A stretch of DNA of 63,945 nt, counting the filler, from Cladosporium halotolerans (Eukaryota), in NCBI RefSeq assembly GCF_011745625.1. It is 4 parts of 4 records of this genome, joined end to end, with 100 filler letters (N's around TTAATTAATTAA, not from the genome) between each part and the next. Parts side by side here need not be neighbours in the genome. Positions count along the whole stretch, not along the records: positions 48,396 to 63,945 come from NW_027191560.1; 3 more parts are not named here. One strand, written 5' to 3'. Under the pieces are notes generated by a model. That model did no database searches. It saw nothing but the letters and a program-made list of their open reading frames with translations, and was not told the DNA's origin. Of this stretch, positions 49,836 through 62,700 are shown piece by piece (positions within the stretch are counted from its first letter, which is position 1; every line of letters begins with the position of its first letter). A program made the translations under genes and the position numbers.

Positions 49836-52800
49836 ATGTCCAGTATGTCTGACAATATGACTACAGATCATCAAAAGGGACTTGCCACCATCAAGCCACT
49901 CGAGACTAAATCCGGATGGCAGCGATGGAATGAAGACATCAACAATGCACTGCTGTTTGCGGGGTTCAATGATGTGTTGAACAGACAGCCCAGCAAGCCA
50001 ACACGGCGAGAAGCCGAACCCAGCGCAAGTACAGCGAGCGTGCAGAGGCTTGGGAAGACAAACAAGCCCGCGCACTTGCGGCCGCGCGTGACCGATGTGG
50101 TCACAACGCAAAGAACGCAATGAAAGATTGCGAAACGATAGTCGACGCACTTGCAGCGATCAAGGATCAATTCCAGCCTTCGGGCTCCGGTGGCTACGAC
50201 AGACTAACCACTGAGTTCAACGGCTTGGGTCTCGCCAGATGCGCAAGCGTCGGCAAATACGGCTCAGAGATACTCCGCGTATGGGATCAGATCAAAGGCA
50301 TCGACCCTCTAGCACTCGGAGAGTCTTACGTCGTACAGCACTTCCTGAATGGTCTCGGAGAAAGATACGACTCGTTTCGTACCTCGTTCGGCATGCAGTA
50401 CAGCGTAGTGGCTTCCAAACTCAAGCCTTTGGCTACGCTGGCGATCTCTATTGAGGCTGCCGAAGACCATGAGTACAAGCATTTCACGGAACGACAGCCG
50501 CCCAGCAACGACAGAGTCTTCTACAATAAGCACAGCAACAACGGTGCCCTCAGACAGAAGCGCAAAGTCTGTGAGCACTGTGGTAGAATGCACGGCGAGA
50601 ATTGCTGGTACCTCGACGACACGAAAGCTCCTGAAAGCTTCAAGAGGCAACGCGAACTATAGAGTAGACTGTTCGGGCATGAAGCCAAGAGGCAGCGCTC
50701 AGAAGACATGGGAATAGCTATCATGGGAGCTGGGGGAGAAAGAACATCTAGTGGACAATACCACATAGCTGTCAGTCTAGACGACAAATGCCCAGATTCC
50801 CAGCTTCGATACAACGATCTTCGAAATGCTTGGATACTCGACACAGGAGCAACAGGACACCTGACAACTCGAAACGATGTCTTCGTCCCTGGCACTTACG
50901 AGAGTGTTAGGGGACTGACCTCTACAGGCATCGGAGGATCGTCCGTATTCCCCGTCAGACAAGGTACCGTCAGGTTACAATGTGCGACAGTAGATGGCCC
51001 ACGATGGCTCGAAGTCCCGAACGTCCAATACGCACCGAATGCAGGTGTTAACTTACTTTCTCTGAATAATATGTGGCCTTTCATAGACACCATAGCGAAG
51101 CTTCCTGTGGGCCTGGCCTTCACACAAGGAGACTATCGATTCTCGGCGTCGATCAGGGAGAATCTTCTCTTACTTGACACGATGGAAGTCCTCCGGTTTG
51201 CGGGTGCTTCTTACAGCGTAAAACAAGTGGACAGGCTCTGGCATGAGCGCATAGGTCATCTGTCCGAAGCCTCGCTAGCACAGCTGAGAAAGGTCGCAGA
51301 TGGCATGGATGCTGCAGAACCTGACGGAACTCATCTGTGCGAAGATTGCGTCAAAGGACGCATGCGAGAACGACCCCATGACGGCAAGATAAAGCCAGGG
51401 TCATACCCGATGGAGGCAATTCATGCAGACATAGCAGAGCTGCCTGTCCTTGGCTTCGACGGCAGCAGGTACGCCGTGACCATGCTTGACGACTTCACAG
51501 AATGAGCGGAGCTCATGCCTGTTCAACACAAGTCAGACTTTTTCGAGCAAGTCCGATACTTCGTCGAGCACCACGAAACGCCTACTCGTCGATGCAAACG
51601 GATACAGCTAGACCGCGCTGGCGAGAACCAATCACGCTCACTCAGAACCTGGGCCGAAAGCAAAGCAATAGAGCTCGAATATACAGACACTGAACAGCAC
51701 CAGGCCAACGGGCGAGCGGAGAGGCTCAATCGCACTATGAGCAACAAACTACAATCGACGATGCAGTCGGCCGGTATCTCCGACAGGTACTGGCCTCTGA
51801 TGCTGCCCCACCATTCTGTCTACGTACGAAATCGCTCTCCATGCTCCAAAAGGCTCACTCCATTCGAGCTCTTCACCAATCGCCGCCCAAATCTCTCGAA
51901 CATCCGGACTCTCGGAAGCAAAATCTTCGTGCTCAAAGGCGAGAAACAACGGCCGAAGTGGCTTGGATCGCGAGTCATGGAAGGCACCCTTCTTGGGTTC
52001 AAAGGGAATCATCAATACCTGGTGTTATTTCCCGACAAAACATGCACATGGCGTACAAATGTTGTCTTTGAGGAGAAATTGAGCTCAACGGGTCGTCTTA
52101 TCCCCGTCGGCCAAGACGTTCCTGACGAGATAGCTGAGCCTGGGGGGGGGGAGAGTCCAGAGACTCAGACTCCTTCTCCACTCACTGATTTTACCCAACC
52201 AGAGTTGGCAACTGCCGACGATCGTGCTAGTCCTGACTTCACCCAACTAGAGGTGACAGCTGTGGAAGACCACATTGAGTCTGCAGAGATACCTACCCCA
52301 GAGCCAGGGGAGCCAGGTGTACAAAGGAGCGACACTCCGGAAACAGGTGTAAATGAACACAGACGGAGGCGTTCCTCGCGCACAGGTCGCGGTCGAACAA
52401 GTCGATACAGCGACGCCGACTGGCAGGTAGGACTGCATTATATCATGCTGGCTTCGATCATGTCGGAGCCCTACGAACCACGCACCCTCCGCGAAGCAAG
52501 AAACAGTGCTCATTGGCCAAAATGGCAGGAGGCCTGCGAAGACGAGATGAGATCTTTGCGCCTCAACAAGACCTGGCGGCTCAAGAAAAGAGCTTCGGTC
52601 ACGAAAGATGGCAAGCACGTGCTTCGCGGTAAGTGGGTGTTCAAAGTCAAGAGAGGTCCAGACGGCAAAATCCAGAAGTACAAAGCTCGATGGGTCGTCA
52701 GAGGCTTCGAGCAACAAGAAGGATGTGACTACAACGAGACATTCGCCGCAGTCGTAAAGCCAATGAGCTACAAGGCTTTGTTTGCCATCGCAGCAGCGCT

Positions 52801-53950
52801 GGACTACGAGATTGAGCAAATGGATGTCAAGACAGCCTTTCTCTACGGAAATGTCGAAGAAGAAGTATACGTCGAACAGCCAACTGGCTATGAGGAGGGC
52901 GATGGCACTGAAGATGTATGCGTGCTGGACAAGGCCCTTTACGGACTCAAGCAGTCCCCTCGCATCTGGTATAACACCCTCACCGGTTTTCTCCGGTCAC
53001 TGGGGTTCGAGCCACTCGATTCCGACCTGAGCGTGTTTATCAGAGAACAGCTTATCGTCGCCATCTATGTCGACGACATACTCCTCGTAGGCCCGTCGAT
53101 GGAAAAGATACGCGAAGTCAAGCAATCACTCCACGATCGTTTCAGCATGACGGATCTCGGACTTTGTAGCTACTACCTCGGCATGACAGTGCGACGAGAC
53201 CGCGTGAACAGGATCATTTACCTAGGACAACGAGCCTACGTCGAGAAGTTTCTGAGAGAATATGACATGTGGGAGGTAAAGCCCGCAGTCACTCCGATGG
53301 ACAAGGCGCCTGAGCCGGCCCCTGATGACTACGATGCGCCACAGACTCTTAGAATGCGATACCAACGGGCCGTTGGAGCTCTTATGTACTGCATGCTCGG
53401 TACCCGTCCAGACATCGCTTTCGCAGTGTCGGTGGTGAGCCGGTTCTCATCAAACCCCACAGTCGCGCAGTGGGACTCCGTAGTGCGTATCTTCAGATAT
53501 CTACGAGCTACGGTGGATGTGGAACTCGTGTTCTCCGACAGCCTTGGTCCATTGACGGGATTCACAGACGCGGACTGGGCGGGAGACCACGAGACACGAC
53601 GGTCGACGTCTGGCTACGTCTTCTCAATTGGGAGCGCGGCGATAAGCTGGTCATCCAAGCGTCAGCCAACCGTCGCACTCTCCACTTGTGAGGCAGAGTA
53701 CATCGGCCAAACGCAAGCCACGAAAGAAGCGGTTTGGCTGCGATCACTCCTTGCGGAGATTGCCCGTGTAGGGGAGCGATCATTGCCATCTACCATCATC
53801 TACAGCGACAATCAAGGCGCCATAGCACTCGCCAAGAATCCGCAGTTTCACGGACGATCTAAGCACATTGACATACAGCACCACTACGTGCGAGAAAAGA
53901 TCGTCGACGGCACTGTGGAATTGACATATATTGACACGTCGAGACAGATA
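49836..53950 (+). mobile_element. Ty1/copia retrotransposon internal region, degenerate; LTRs not found
   Basis: Order gag (CEHCGRMH..C), protease WILDTGATGH, integrase, RT (YKARWVVRGF, YVDD), RNase H (DADWAG). Frameshift near 50025, stops at 50660 and 51503, cut before ADGLTK. Confidence 0.95.
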
Positions 53951-54419
53951 GGCTATCGTCGAGGTCAGCGGCCAAGCTCTCAGAGGGCTTGGACCCCGGC
54001 GCTGTGGTGGACGTCGCGGCGTGCGTACCCGAGGGGACTGTGGGTGGCTCAGTGCCGATGCCCGAAGCCATGGTGATGATGATTACACTATTACACTGGC
54101 CATCTTCGCTGGTGTCTGCGGGGTGTGCGAGACGCGACGACACGCGATGAGGCTCTGCGGGCTCGTCCGGCCAAAGGAGCCTTACCCCAAACAGGGAGAT
54201 ACCCTTGAGTCGCAAGGGTTGGGGTTCTCCGCTGCCAAAGTGATGCTCAGGGAAACACAGTGTCAAGGCTCTATCAATACGACCAATTCATCAATCAATA
54301 TGGGAAGACTTCGATTGATTGCTTGCCTTGACGTCGATGTCTCAGAAGCGTGAAATTAATTGATTCCTTGGTCAATCGATTGTCAAGGCAATTAAACTTC
54401 TTGATTGTGTCATTCACTG
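53951..54419 (-). mobile_element. Probable 5' fragment of a hAT element
   Basis: Ends GATTGTGTCATTCACTG (13/17 match to the hAT end at 49415-49431), CAAT/ATTG repeats, short low-complexity ORF start MASGIGTEPP... Confidence 0.55.
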
Positions 54420-54430
54420 GACGAATCTGC

Positions 54431-56163
54431 TTACAAGACCTTGTCAGTGACGTACAAGTCCACATACTCGTCTACAAGCATTTCATATAGCTTTGACGGC
54501 TCGTTCCCCAAATCCATCAGCTTCTTGACGTGAGGTTCGCTGAAATGCGCCAGCAGATGCCTCTCGAACTTCGCCATGATCTCCGGCTTGGCCTCTTCAC
54601 GTCTTGACATATGACCTAATGGAGCTTCAACAGCTTCCTCTTCCAATACCGTCCCGTCTTTGAGCTTGACTGTAAGGGCGTTGGCGATAGTACGCTTATC
54701 AGGATTGTGGTAATCCTTGGTGAACTGCGGGTCTTCGACACACTTAATCCTTTTCCGCAGCGATTCGACTAGTGGTGAAGTGGCCGCATCGCTGCCGTCG
54801 GTGTAGTCTTCTGCTGTCAAGCGATTGAAGACGAACATGGTCGAGATCATGTATTGCACGCAATGGTCACGGTCGGCGAAGTTATCCATAGGCTTGAACT
54901 GCTTGTCGATGATCTTAACACAAGCCGCGTGCGTGCGGTTGGTCACACCCTCGATATCTTCGGCGGTTTTGCCCATGGCAGCGAGCTTTTTGTTCAACCG
55001 CTGAGCTGCCTCTATGGCAGTCTGAGAATGGAATTCGGCCGGGTATGAAACCTTGAAGAGCAAATTTTCCATCACGTAGGAGCCGTACGGCCGCTGAAAC
55101 TTGAATCTTTCGCCCTGGAAGTTGACGTCGTAAAAGCCCCACTTAGGAGCGGAGAGAACGGTGGCCATGCCACCTTCTCCAGCCATGACTTTCAGACACG
55201 CATTGATAGCGCGCTCGCACGCGTCGCCAGCGGCCCAGGACTTACGGGACATGGTGTTGGGACTGTGGCGGTAGGTACGCATGGATTGGCCGTCGACCCA
55301 GGCCTGGGAGATGGCGTCGCGGGTTTGCGCCTCGGACAGCCCGAGCATGTGCGAAACGACGGCAGTGGAGGCGACTTTGACATTGACAACATGGTCCAGG
55401 CCAACCTTGTTGAAGCTGTTTTCCAGCGCGAGACAGCCCTGAATCTCATGGGCCTTGACCATGGCCTCGAGAACATCTTTTACGGTGAAGATGGCGCCAT
55501 TACCGACCTTCTTGCCACCTGCGCCTGCTTTGTTGGAGCGGTTCATCCAATCAGCCACGGCGAGGATTGCACCCAGATTATCGGACGGATGACCCCATTC
55601 GGCGGCGAGCCAGCAATCATTGAAGTCGAGCCAGCGGATCATGATGCCGATGTTGAAGGCACCACGGACAGGGTCGAGTTGGTAAGGCGTGCCAACTACT
55701 TTGGTGCCATTAGGGACGATGGTGCCTTCAACCACGGGCCCGAGGAGCTTAGTGCAATGGGGGAAGTCGAGGGCTTTCATACCGCAACCCAGCGTGTCGA
55801 GGAAACACAAGCGGGCGGTGTCGATCTAGAATATTAGTTACATGCGCGTCAATCCGTCCCGTTTGAACTTACAGCTAAGTCGGAATTGATCTTGTAGCTG
55901 TGGACATACGAAGCCATGTCAACGATCTCTTGATCATACTTGGCGGGCGAAGCGGGCGACGCAAAAGGTTCATTGGGGAAATTCCGCCCGACGGTGGTCG
56001 AGAATGTGCGATGAAAGTTGTCCAGTGAAGCGGAAAGACCGTAAAAGGATGTGGCGAGACGTTTGGCGGATATAGAACTAGAAATGGGAGCTCTGGGACT
56101 CGCGGATAGTGCGCTACTTCGAGAGGCTGTGCGGGCGAAGCTACGGCTGGATATCAAACTCAT
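54431..56163 (-). CDS. prpD: 2-methylcitrate dehydratase (MmgE/PrpD family) with a mitochondrial-type presequence; exons 56163-55873 and 55825-54431
   Basis: IRWLDFNDCWLAAEWGHPSDNLG, RHSPNTMSRKSWAAGDA, FKVSYPAEFHSQTA, ADRDHC; 47-nt GT-AG intron; R/S/A-rich N-terminus nearly free of acidic residues. Confidence 0.95.
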
Positions 56164-57046
56164 AGCTGAAAGTGTCGAGAGACGAAGATTTGGCCTTATC
56201 AGGATACATACGACAATCGAATCTCGAGGGAGCGTCGTATCACTCAACATTCATACGTGTCAAATGCTTTTAGTCTAAGGCGACAGCACCCTATAAACAT
56301 GGCAAGGGCTCTGACACCGTCTGTTTAGGGCAGCACCGAGGCAGGGGTCTGAGGTGATACGTCACAATGATTTGACCGTGATGTTTCATTCAGAGACAGC
56401 AACCAGCCTGCCCCATGCAATCGCTCGATCCTGTCATCCGGCAACCAGGCCAAACGCGACTCAATATTGCTACTCTCCTTAGCAAATCCCCGATCACAAA
56501 GCAATCGTTGTCCCTGCCGTGTCTAACAACCTTGTCATGCACCGAGAATCGCATGCAGACTGACGTCACTTAGGGTAAATGTAACGTGACTATTACTCCA
56601 GACGAATATGGCATCCCGTGGATTTGATTGGAAAACCTGTGGGACCAGAAGCATGAGGCATGCGAAGTTTATTGAAGGTTGAAGGCTGCTAAAACATATA
56701 CTAAGCGTGCTCTGAGTCGGGCTGGGGGGTGCCGTCTCTCAATTCGTAGTGGCCCTTGTCAGTTGGAAATTGTAGGATCATTGCTGCAGCTGGCTCGCTT
56801 GCAGCGGCGTGTCTCATCCGGCGCCCCGCTGATACCCCGCTCGCCAAGTATTCCCCCTGTCTGGGAGCGTCATTGGCGGATGTGTATTCCTCACGATGAC
56901 GAACGGCGAACGGAACAGAAGCTTCTATCTTTCAAAAACATTTGACGGAAAAAGATGACAAGATCTCGAAATACGATCCCAATCATTCTTCAATCTAGCG
57001 CCACCTCTGCCACGTCCGCTCCAACTTTACACTGCCCGCATCAACG
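56164..57046. promoter_or_regulatory. Bidirectional promoter region shared by prpD and the comA-like gene
   Basis: 883 bp between divergent ATGs; TGACGTCA (bZIP/CRE palindrome) at 56561-56568; CreA-type SYGGRG matches near 56722 and 56825-56840. Function is not shown. Confidence 0.5.
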
Positions 57047-58075
57047 ATGGTCTACAAGACTTCTACGAGCGCTTTCTTACGGCAATGCCCCGCAAAGCCA
57101 GGCCTAAGATGCTCCGCCCGCAGGACATTCTCCTCGTCTCGTCTACTCCAAAGTGAGAACAGCCCTAGCGTCTTGATAGAAGATAGCGATCACGGGTATG
57201 GATTCGTCAGGCACAATCCACGCCCAGCAAAGCCGCGCAGCAACGGCCTCACCGAGATACGCGGACCTTACTATTCAGCCATGGGGAAGAATTACCTTTC
57301 CGACGTTCTCGAGACGATGGGTCACCATGTAGATGGGCTCAAATTTGCCGGCGGTAGTTTCAGTCTGTTCCCGGAGGTCAAGCTAAGGGAGCTCATCGAC
57401 ATGGCTCACGAGCACGGGGTGTATGTGTCCACAGGTGGATGGCTGGAACACGTGCTCACCCAAGGGAGCGACAACGCTGTCGACAGGTACTTGGAAAAGT
57501 GCAAAGACATTGGGTAGGGACCCCTATGCCCACGCCTTGCGGTCGATAATGAGGTGCCCCGCTAACCACACTGCTCTAGCTTCGATGTACTAGAGGTCTC
57601 ATCCGGTTTCCTTTCCCTGCCTCAAGATGACTGGCTCCGCCTTGTCGATCGCGTGCACAAAGCTGGTCTCAAAGCCAAGCCTGAGCTTGGCATTCAGTTT
57701 GGCGCTGGTGGCGATACCGCAGCTACCGATCTCGAATCAATCGGCACGGCTGATCCGAGTCGTGTTACAGCCATGGCAAAACGGTTCATCGATGCTGGCG
57801 TCGAGCTGATGATGATCGAGTCTGAAGGAATTACGGAGAACGTGAGATCGTGGCGGACAGATGCGATCCAAAGCATCTTACGCGACGTACCGATGGAAAG
57901 GGTAATGTTCGAAGCAGCTGACCCGGCAGTGTTCAATTGGTATGTAAGGGAGTTCGGCGTTGATGTCAATCTGTTTGTGGATCACTCGCAGATTGTCCAG
58001 TTGAGTTGTCTGAGAGCAGGAATCTGGGGCATGGCAGACACGTTCGGCAAGATCGCGACGTTTAGGCCCGCGTGA
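57047..58075 (+). CDS. comA: Phosphosulfolactate synthase-like protein (ComA/HSA32 family) with a mitochondrial-type presequence; exons 57047-57513 and 57580-58075
   Basis: TEIRGPYY, VDGLKFAGGSFSL, VYVSTGGW, GFDVLEVSSGF, KPELG, MIESEG, MFEA, VNLFVDHSQ; 66-nt intron with GCTAAC branch point; N-terminal RRTFSSSRLLQ. Confidence 0.9.
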
Positions 58076-58929
58076 ATCAGCTATGGCCGCATGTAGGGCA
58101 GCTTAAAATGTGTAATTCATGTTCAGCTCCACCGGCTAGCTACGTCAAAGAATGTCTTGCGTGATAGCTCAAGATGATTGCAGGAAGGGACTAAGCCCGT
58201 ATCAAGTGATTGGACTGGAGTCATTGAACAAGACTACGGCTAGTATAAGGTTACGGCGAGGTCGATCTTTACAAATGCGATACAGAGCTCGCAAGTCCAA
58301 GATGATAGCGGCAGGTTTCGAGATTGGATTAGGACCCCGTTAAAAAGCAGAAGCGACCTCCAATGCACATCAACGCCTGCTACTGTACTGTAACGTCGTA
58401 CCGAGGTTGAGGTCTTAGGTAATTGCAAAACAAAACAAAAAAAAAGATTCTGCTGACATCCATCCGAGGTGATCATAGCACGTGTGGGTGGGAATCGGAC
58501 CACACAATTAATGGCACTTTCAGCGTTAGCTTACGAGAACTAAAGCGTCTCCAGAACACTGATTGTTACCACGAAGAGACCGACATCAGAAGCACTCTCG
58601 ATTCTCTAGTATCATCCGCCCAAGTCGCGACCAAAGCTCCAAAAGGCGAGATCGAGTTGAAAGTGGCAATGGATGATAGGTATAGTTAACGTTATACGTG
58701 CCGATAAAGGGACTCATAGCCAGATATCGCGACAAGCTAGCTTCCTACAACACCATCATAACTACTAATGCTACGTGAATTTGACAGTTTCGAATGGACT
58801 TGGCACTTCCGGGGGCAGAAGTTTGCAAGCGCGACTGTCTGAAGGCTTTGTGTAATCGCAAAAATTGTAGCGAGTGACTATCCGTGCACCTCAAATAATT
58901 CGCTCCGCTGCATTGAGACCCCCGCAAGC

Positions 58930-59437
58930 GGGTGCACCACGGCTCAACGATAATATACGGCTCAATGATAATCGCCAAAATATAACCACAACGCGCGCTC
59001 AATGCGCGATTATTGCCCCAATTCTATGTCTGAATATCTAGATATCGAAGACCGGATTGCCGAGGCCATGGAGCGGGAGTCTGAGCACCCAAATGCGCGC
59101 CCGATCACCAAGCTTGCCGAGATGTTCGACGTTCCATACCAACGCTTGAACCACAGGCTCCACAAGAGGAATTGCAAATCTACACGCATGCAGACCAATC
59201 TGAAGCTGGATGAAGTCCAGGAGGAAGCCCTGGTATCATACTTAAAGAGGTGTGACAAAATTGGTGTGCCTGTTCGCCTCAACCAGCTCGCTATTTCAGC
59301 AAACTCAATCCTCAAAAGATCCCACTCTGGCTCAAGCACGCCACCCCCAAGGATCAGTAAAATGTGGGCATCAAGGTGGAAGCGGGAGGCATCCGGAATG
59401 GCACATCAAAAGAACAACCCCACTGGAGACTGCCAGA
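58930..59437 (+). mobile_element. 5' fragment of a pogo/Fot1 element (TIR-like repeats plus HTH domains, ATG 59026)
   Basis: Repeat ACGGCTCAAYGATAAT at 58939-58954 and 58957-58972; LAEMFDVPYQRL..RL, KLDEVQEEALV.YL, ANSILKR, W.SRW; frameshift near 59385. Confidence 0.8.
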
Positions 59438-59560
59438 GAGACCTGAAGACTCTGTTTGGAAACGGAGCGATTGCAGAAGTGCTTCGGTTCATCGACAACA
59501 CAGAAGTGGGCAAGAGGCTGACTGAACAAGAGAACGATGGTGACACTTGATGAAATTGGG
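59438..59560 (+). mobile_element. Short LINE ORF2 C-terminal remnant
   Basis: LFGN...VLRFIDNTEVGKR resembles Tad1-type ORF2 ends. Confidence 0.4.
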
Positions 59561-59668
59561 TGTGAAAGAATTGATTGAGCTGTGTATCTACTGCTGGGGC
59601 CATCCACTGCTTTATACCTGCAGTGGGTCTGTGGCGGTCTGGATGCTCTTGTCCGGCAATCTTCAACA
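59561..59668 (-). repeat. 3' LTR, 108 bp
   Basis: TGTTGAAG...CTTTCACA immediately after the PPT, with an internal TATAAAG. Confidence 0.75.
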
Positions 59669-59741
59669 CCCCCCTTTGTTGGTACACCAGGGCCCATACC
59701 GCCACTCTTCCTCCCCATTCTGGCAGTCTCAGCTTGCTCTT

Positions 59742-62700
59742 TCATTGCAAACCCAATGCCTTCCTGAATTGCAGAAAAGGTACTTTGGATAGTGGCTTAG
59801 TCAGCCCGTCAGCAATTTGCTTGCTGGTTTCGATGTACTTCAACCCCACTGTCCCGTCTTCGACTTTCTCTCGGACGTAGTGGTGTTGGATGTCAATGTG
59901 CTTCGAGCGCCCATGGAACTTTGGGTTCTTCGCAAGAGCTATGGCGCCTTGATTGTCGCCGTAGATGATCGTTGTTGGTATGTCGCGCTCGTTCATATAG
60001 GTGAGCTCGGCGAGCAGGTTACGAAGCCAAACGGCTTCCTTGGTCGCTTGGGTCTGGCCGATGTACTCTGCTTCACAAGTCGAGAGTGAGACCGTACTCT
60101 GGCGTTTGGATGACCAGCTGATAGGGCCGGTGCCGATGCCGAAGACATACCCCGAAGTAGACCGTCGAGTGCTAATGTCGCCAGCCCAGTCTGCGTCAGA
60201 GTATCCCACGAGTGGCCTCAGGTTTCCGCTGAACGCGAGCTCCAAATCTAAGGTACCTCGCAGATATCGCAGGATCCGTTGTACCGCCAACCAATGGTCT
60301 GTTGTCGGGTTGGCAGAGAATCTGCTGACCACGGAGACTGCATAAGCGATGTCTGGACGTGTACCTAGCATCGCATACATGAGTAAGCCGACTGCTCCCT
60401 GGTACTTCGATTTCAGGGCGTCAGCCGCCTGGTAACCTTGTGGTGCTTCAGGAAGCTTGCCGCTGTCGAGCGGTGTCACTGCAGTCTTTACGTCCCACAT
60501 ACCGAGGTCCTTGAGGAACTTCTCGATGTAGGCACGTTGGCTGAGATAGAGGCACCGATTTGCTCTGTCCCTTCGGACGGAGATGCCCAAGTAGTGGGTG
60601 CACGGCCCAAGGTCGGACATCTGGAACCGGGCGCTCAGCGATCGCTTTACTTCGATGATGTCGTTTCTCGAGGGTCCGGCTATGAGCAAATCGTCCACGT
60701 AGATGGCAATGATCATGCCGTGACGCGTGAAGACACTCAGATCGGCATTTAGAGCTTCGAAGCCGAGTGACTTGAGGAATTCGGTAAGAGTCTCGTACCA
60801 GATGCGGGGCGACTGCTTGAGACCATACAGTGCCTTGTCGAGCAAACAGACACTGTCAGTATCTTCCTCGTATCCGATCGGCTGTTCGACATAGACCTCG
60901 TCGTTCACGTTGTCATACAGAAACGCCGTCTTGACGTCCATCTGCTCGATCTCGTAGTCCATAGCGGCCGCGATCGCAAACAGCGCCTTGTAGCTCATCG
61001 GCTTGACAACTGCTGCAAATGTTTCGGCATAGTCGCTGCCTTCTACTTGTTCGAAGCCCCGGACTACCCATCGCGCTTTGTACTTCTGCACACTACCGTC
61101 CGCCGCCCGTTTGATCTTGGAGACCCACTTGCCACGGAGGACACGCTTGCCGTCAGCGGTCACCGAAGACTTCTTCTTCAGTCTCCACGTCTTGTTCAAC
61201 CGTAGAGACCTGACCTCGTCTCCCATGGCATCCTTCCAATGAGTCCAAGAGGTGCTGGCCTTGGCATCGTCATATGTGCGTGGTTCGAAAGGCTCGGTCA
61301 TGAGTGCCGCGGCAACGATGGATTGGCAGAACATCATCCACTCTCTGGTGGAGAAGCGGCTGGTTTGTCCTTTGCTAAGTCTTGGGGATCTCCAGACCGT
61401 CGAGCTACTCGCGTCCTCAACTTCCGAGGGCCGGCCGGTCTCGTCAGCGAGTGTGCCAGTTACATCGTCGTTCGGTTCGCTGGGCGTGATCTCACGCTGG
61501 TACATGCTATCTCGCATGCCTTGCACGATCGGCTCCGACTCGACGTTCGAAGGCTTGGCGTCGTTTCGATGTCCGTCGTCCTGCCCCCCTACATCGACAG
61601 GCGTAAGCGCCGTTGGCTCGAGTAAGGAGATGTCGGGGAAAGAATTCTGCGGCCGGGTCTCTGGCGGCGCTGTCGGATTATCAGCATCGCATGCCGTATG
61701 CGGCCGATCTTCTCGGAAGACGACATTGGTTCGCCAGTCTAATCTACCGGACCTGTCTTTGATCAGGTACGTGTGGCGACCCTTGAAGCCAAGCAGCTGT
61801 CCTTCACTTGCTTTCATCCCAACGACCTTCCGCCTTGTCCGATGGGGATTCAGGACAAATGCTTGGCTTCCAATCTTGCGAATGTTTGACAAGTCTGGTC
61901 TTGCGCCGGTCCACATCTCGTAGGGAGTGGTGTCGATTCGCGAGCTGGGAGACCGGTTGCGGAGATATGCAATGCCGTACTTCACTACCGGAGGCCAGAA
62001 GGTGTCTGACAGCTTGGAACTCAGAAGTGTAGGGTGTAGCTTGCTCTCCAGGATACGGTTCAATGCTTCGGCGCAGCCATTCGCTTGATGCTGCTCTGTA
62101 TCGGTGTACTCGAGCTCGATTCCTTTGTCATACGCCCACAGAGTGAATTCGTGAAAAACGTTCTCGCCACCTCGGTCAAGCCTAATCCGCCTGCAGTGTC
62201 TTTCAGGCAATTCGTTGCTTTCGATAAACTTCCGTATGCACGAGAACGCCTGGGATCGGTGCTGTAGCGGCTCGACTTCCGCCCATTGGGTGAAGTCGTC
62301 GAGGCATGTCACCCAGTAGCAAGATTGGTCATGGCCAGTCACTTTTATAGGACCGGCAACGTCTGTGTGGATGAGGTCGAGCGGGTGACGACCTTGTGCG
62401 ACGGTGCCTGTGTGAGGGCGCTCGGTCATGCGTCCCATCACACACGGTTCACACATACACCGCCCATCTTCCTGCGCATCATCCATACCGGTTGCGATGT
62501 GCTGGAGACGTCGAAGGCTGGTCTCAGACAAGTGACCCATACGATCATGCCAAAGGCGCAGCTTTGGATCGTTGATCGAGTAGGCTGTTCCTTGAAAATC
62601 GCATGGTGGATCTTTCCACATGTCCAATGTCATGAGATCCTCAGCAATGGTGGCCGAGAATCTCTGTCTTCCTTGGGTGAATGCAAGCCCATTCGGTAGT

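Noticed and set aside
50660..50662. TAG between gag and protease as a programmed readthrough site
   Set aside because: The related copia in this window has Gln at this position, and this copy has another stop and a frameshift; decay is the simpler explanation.
59002..59550. Apparent chimeric pogo-LINE protein
   Set aside because: The pogo frame shifts near 59385 (it continues as RHPEWHIKRTTPLE), so the fusion ORF is coincidental.
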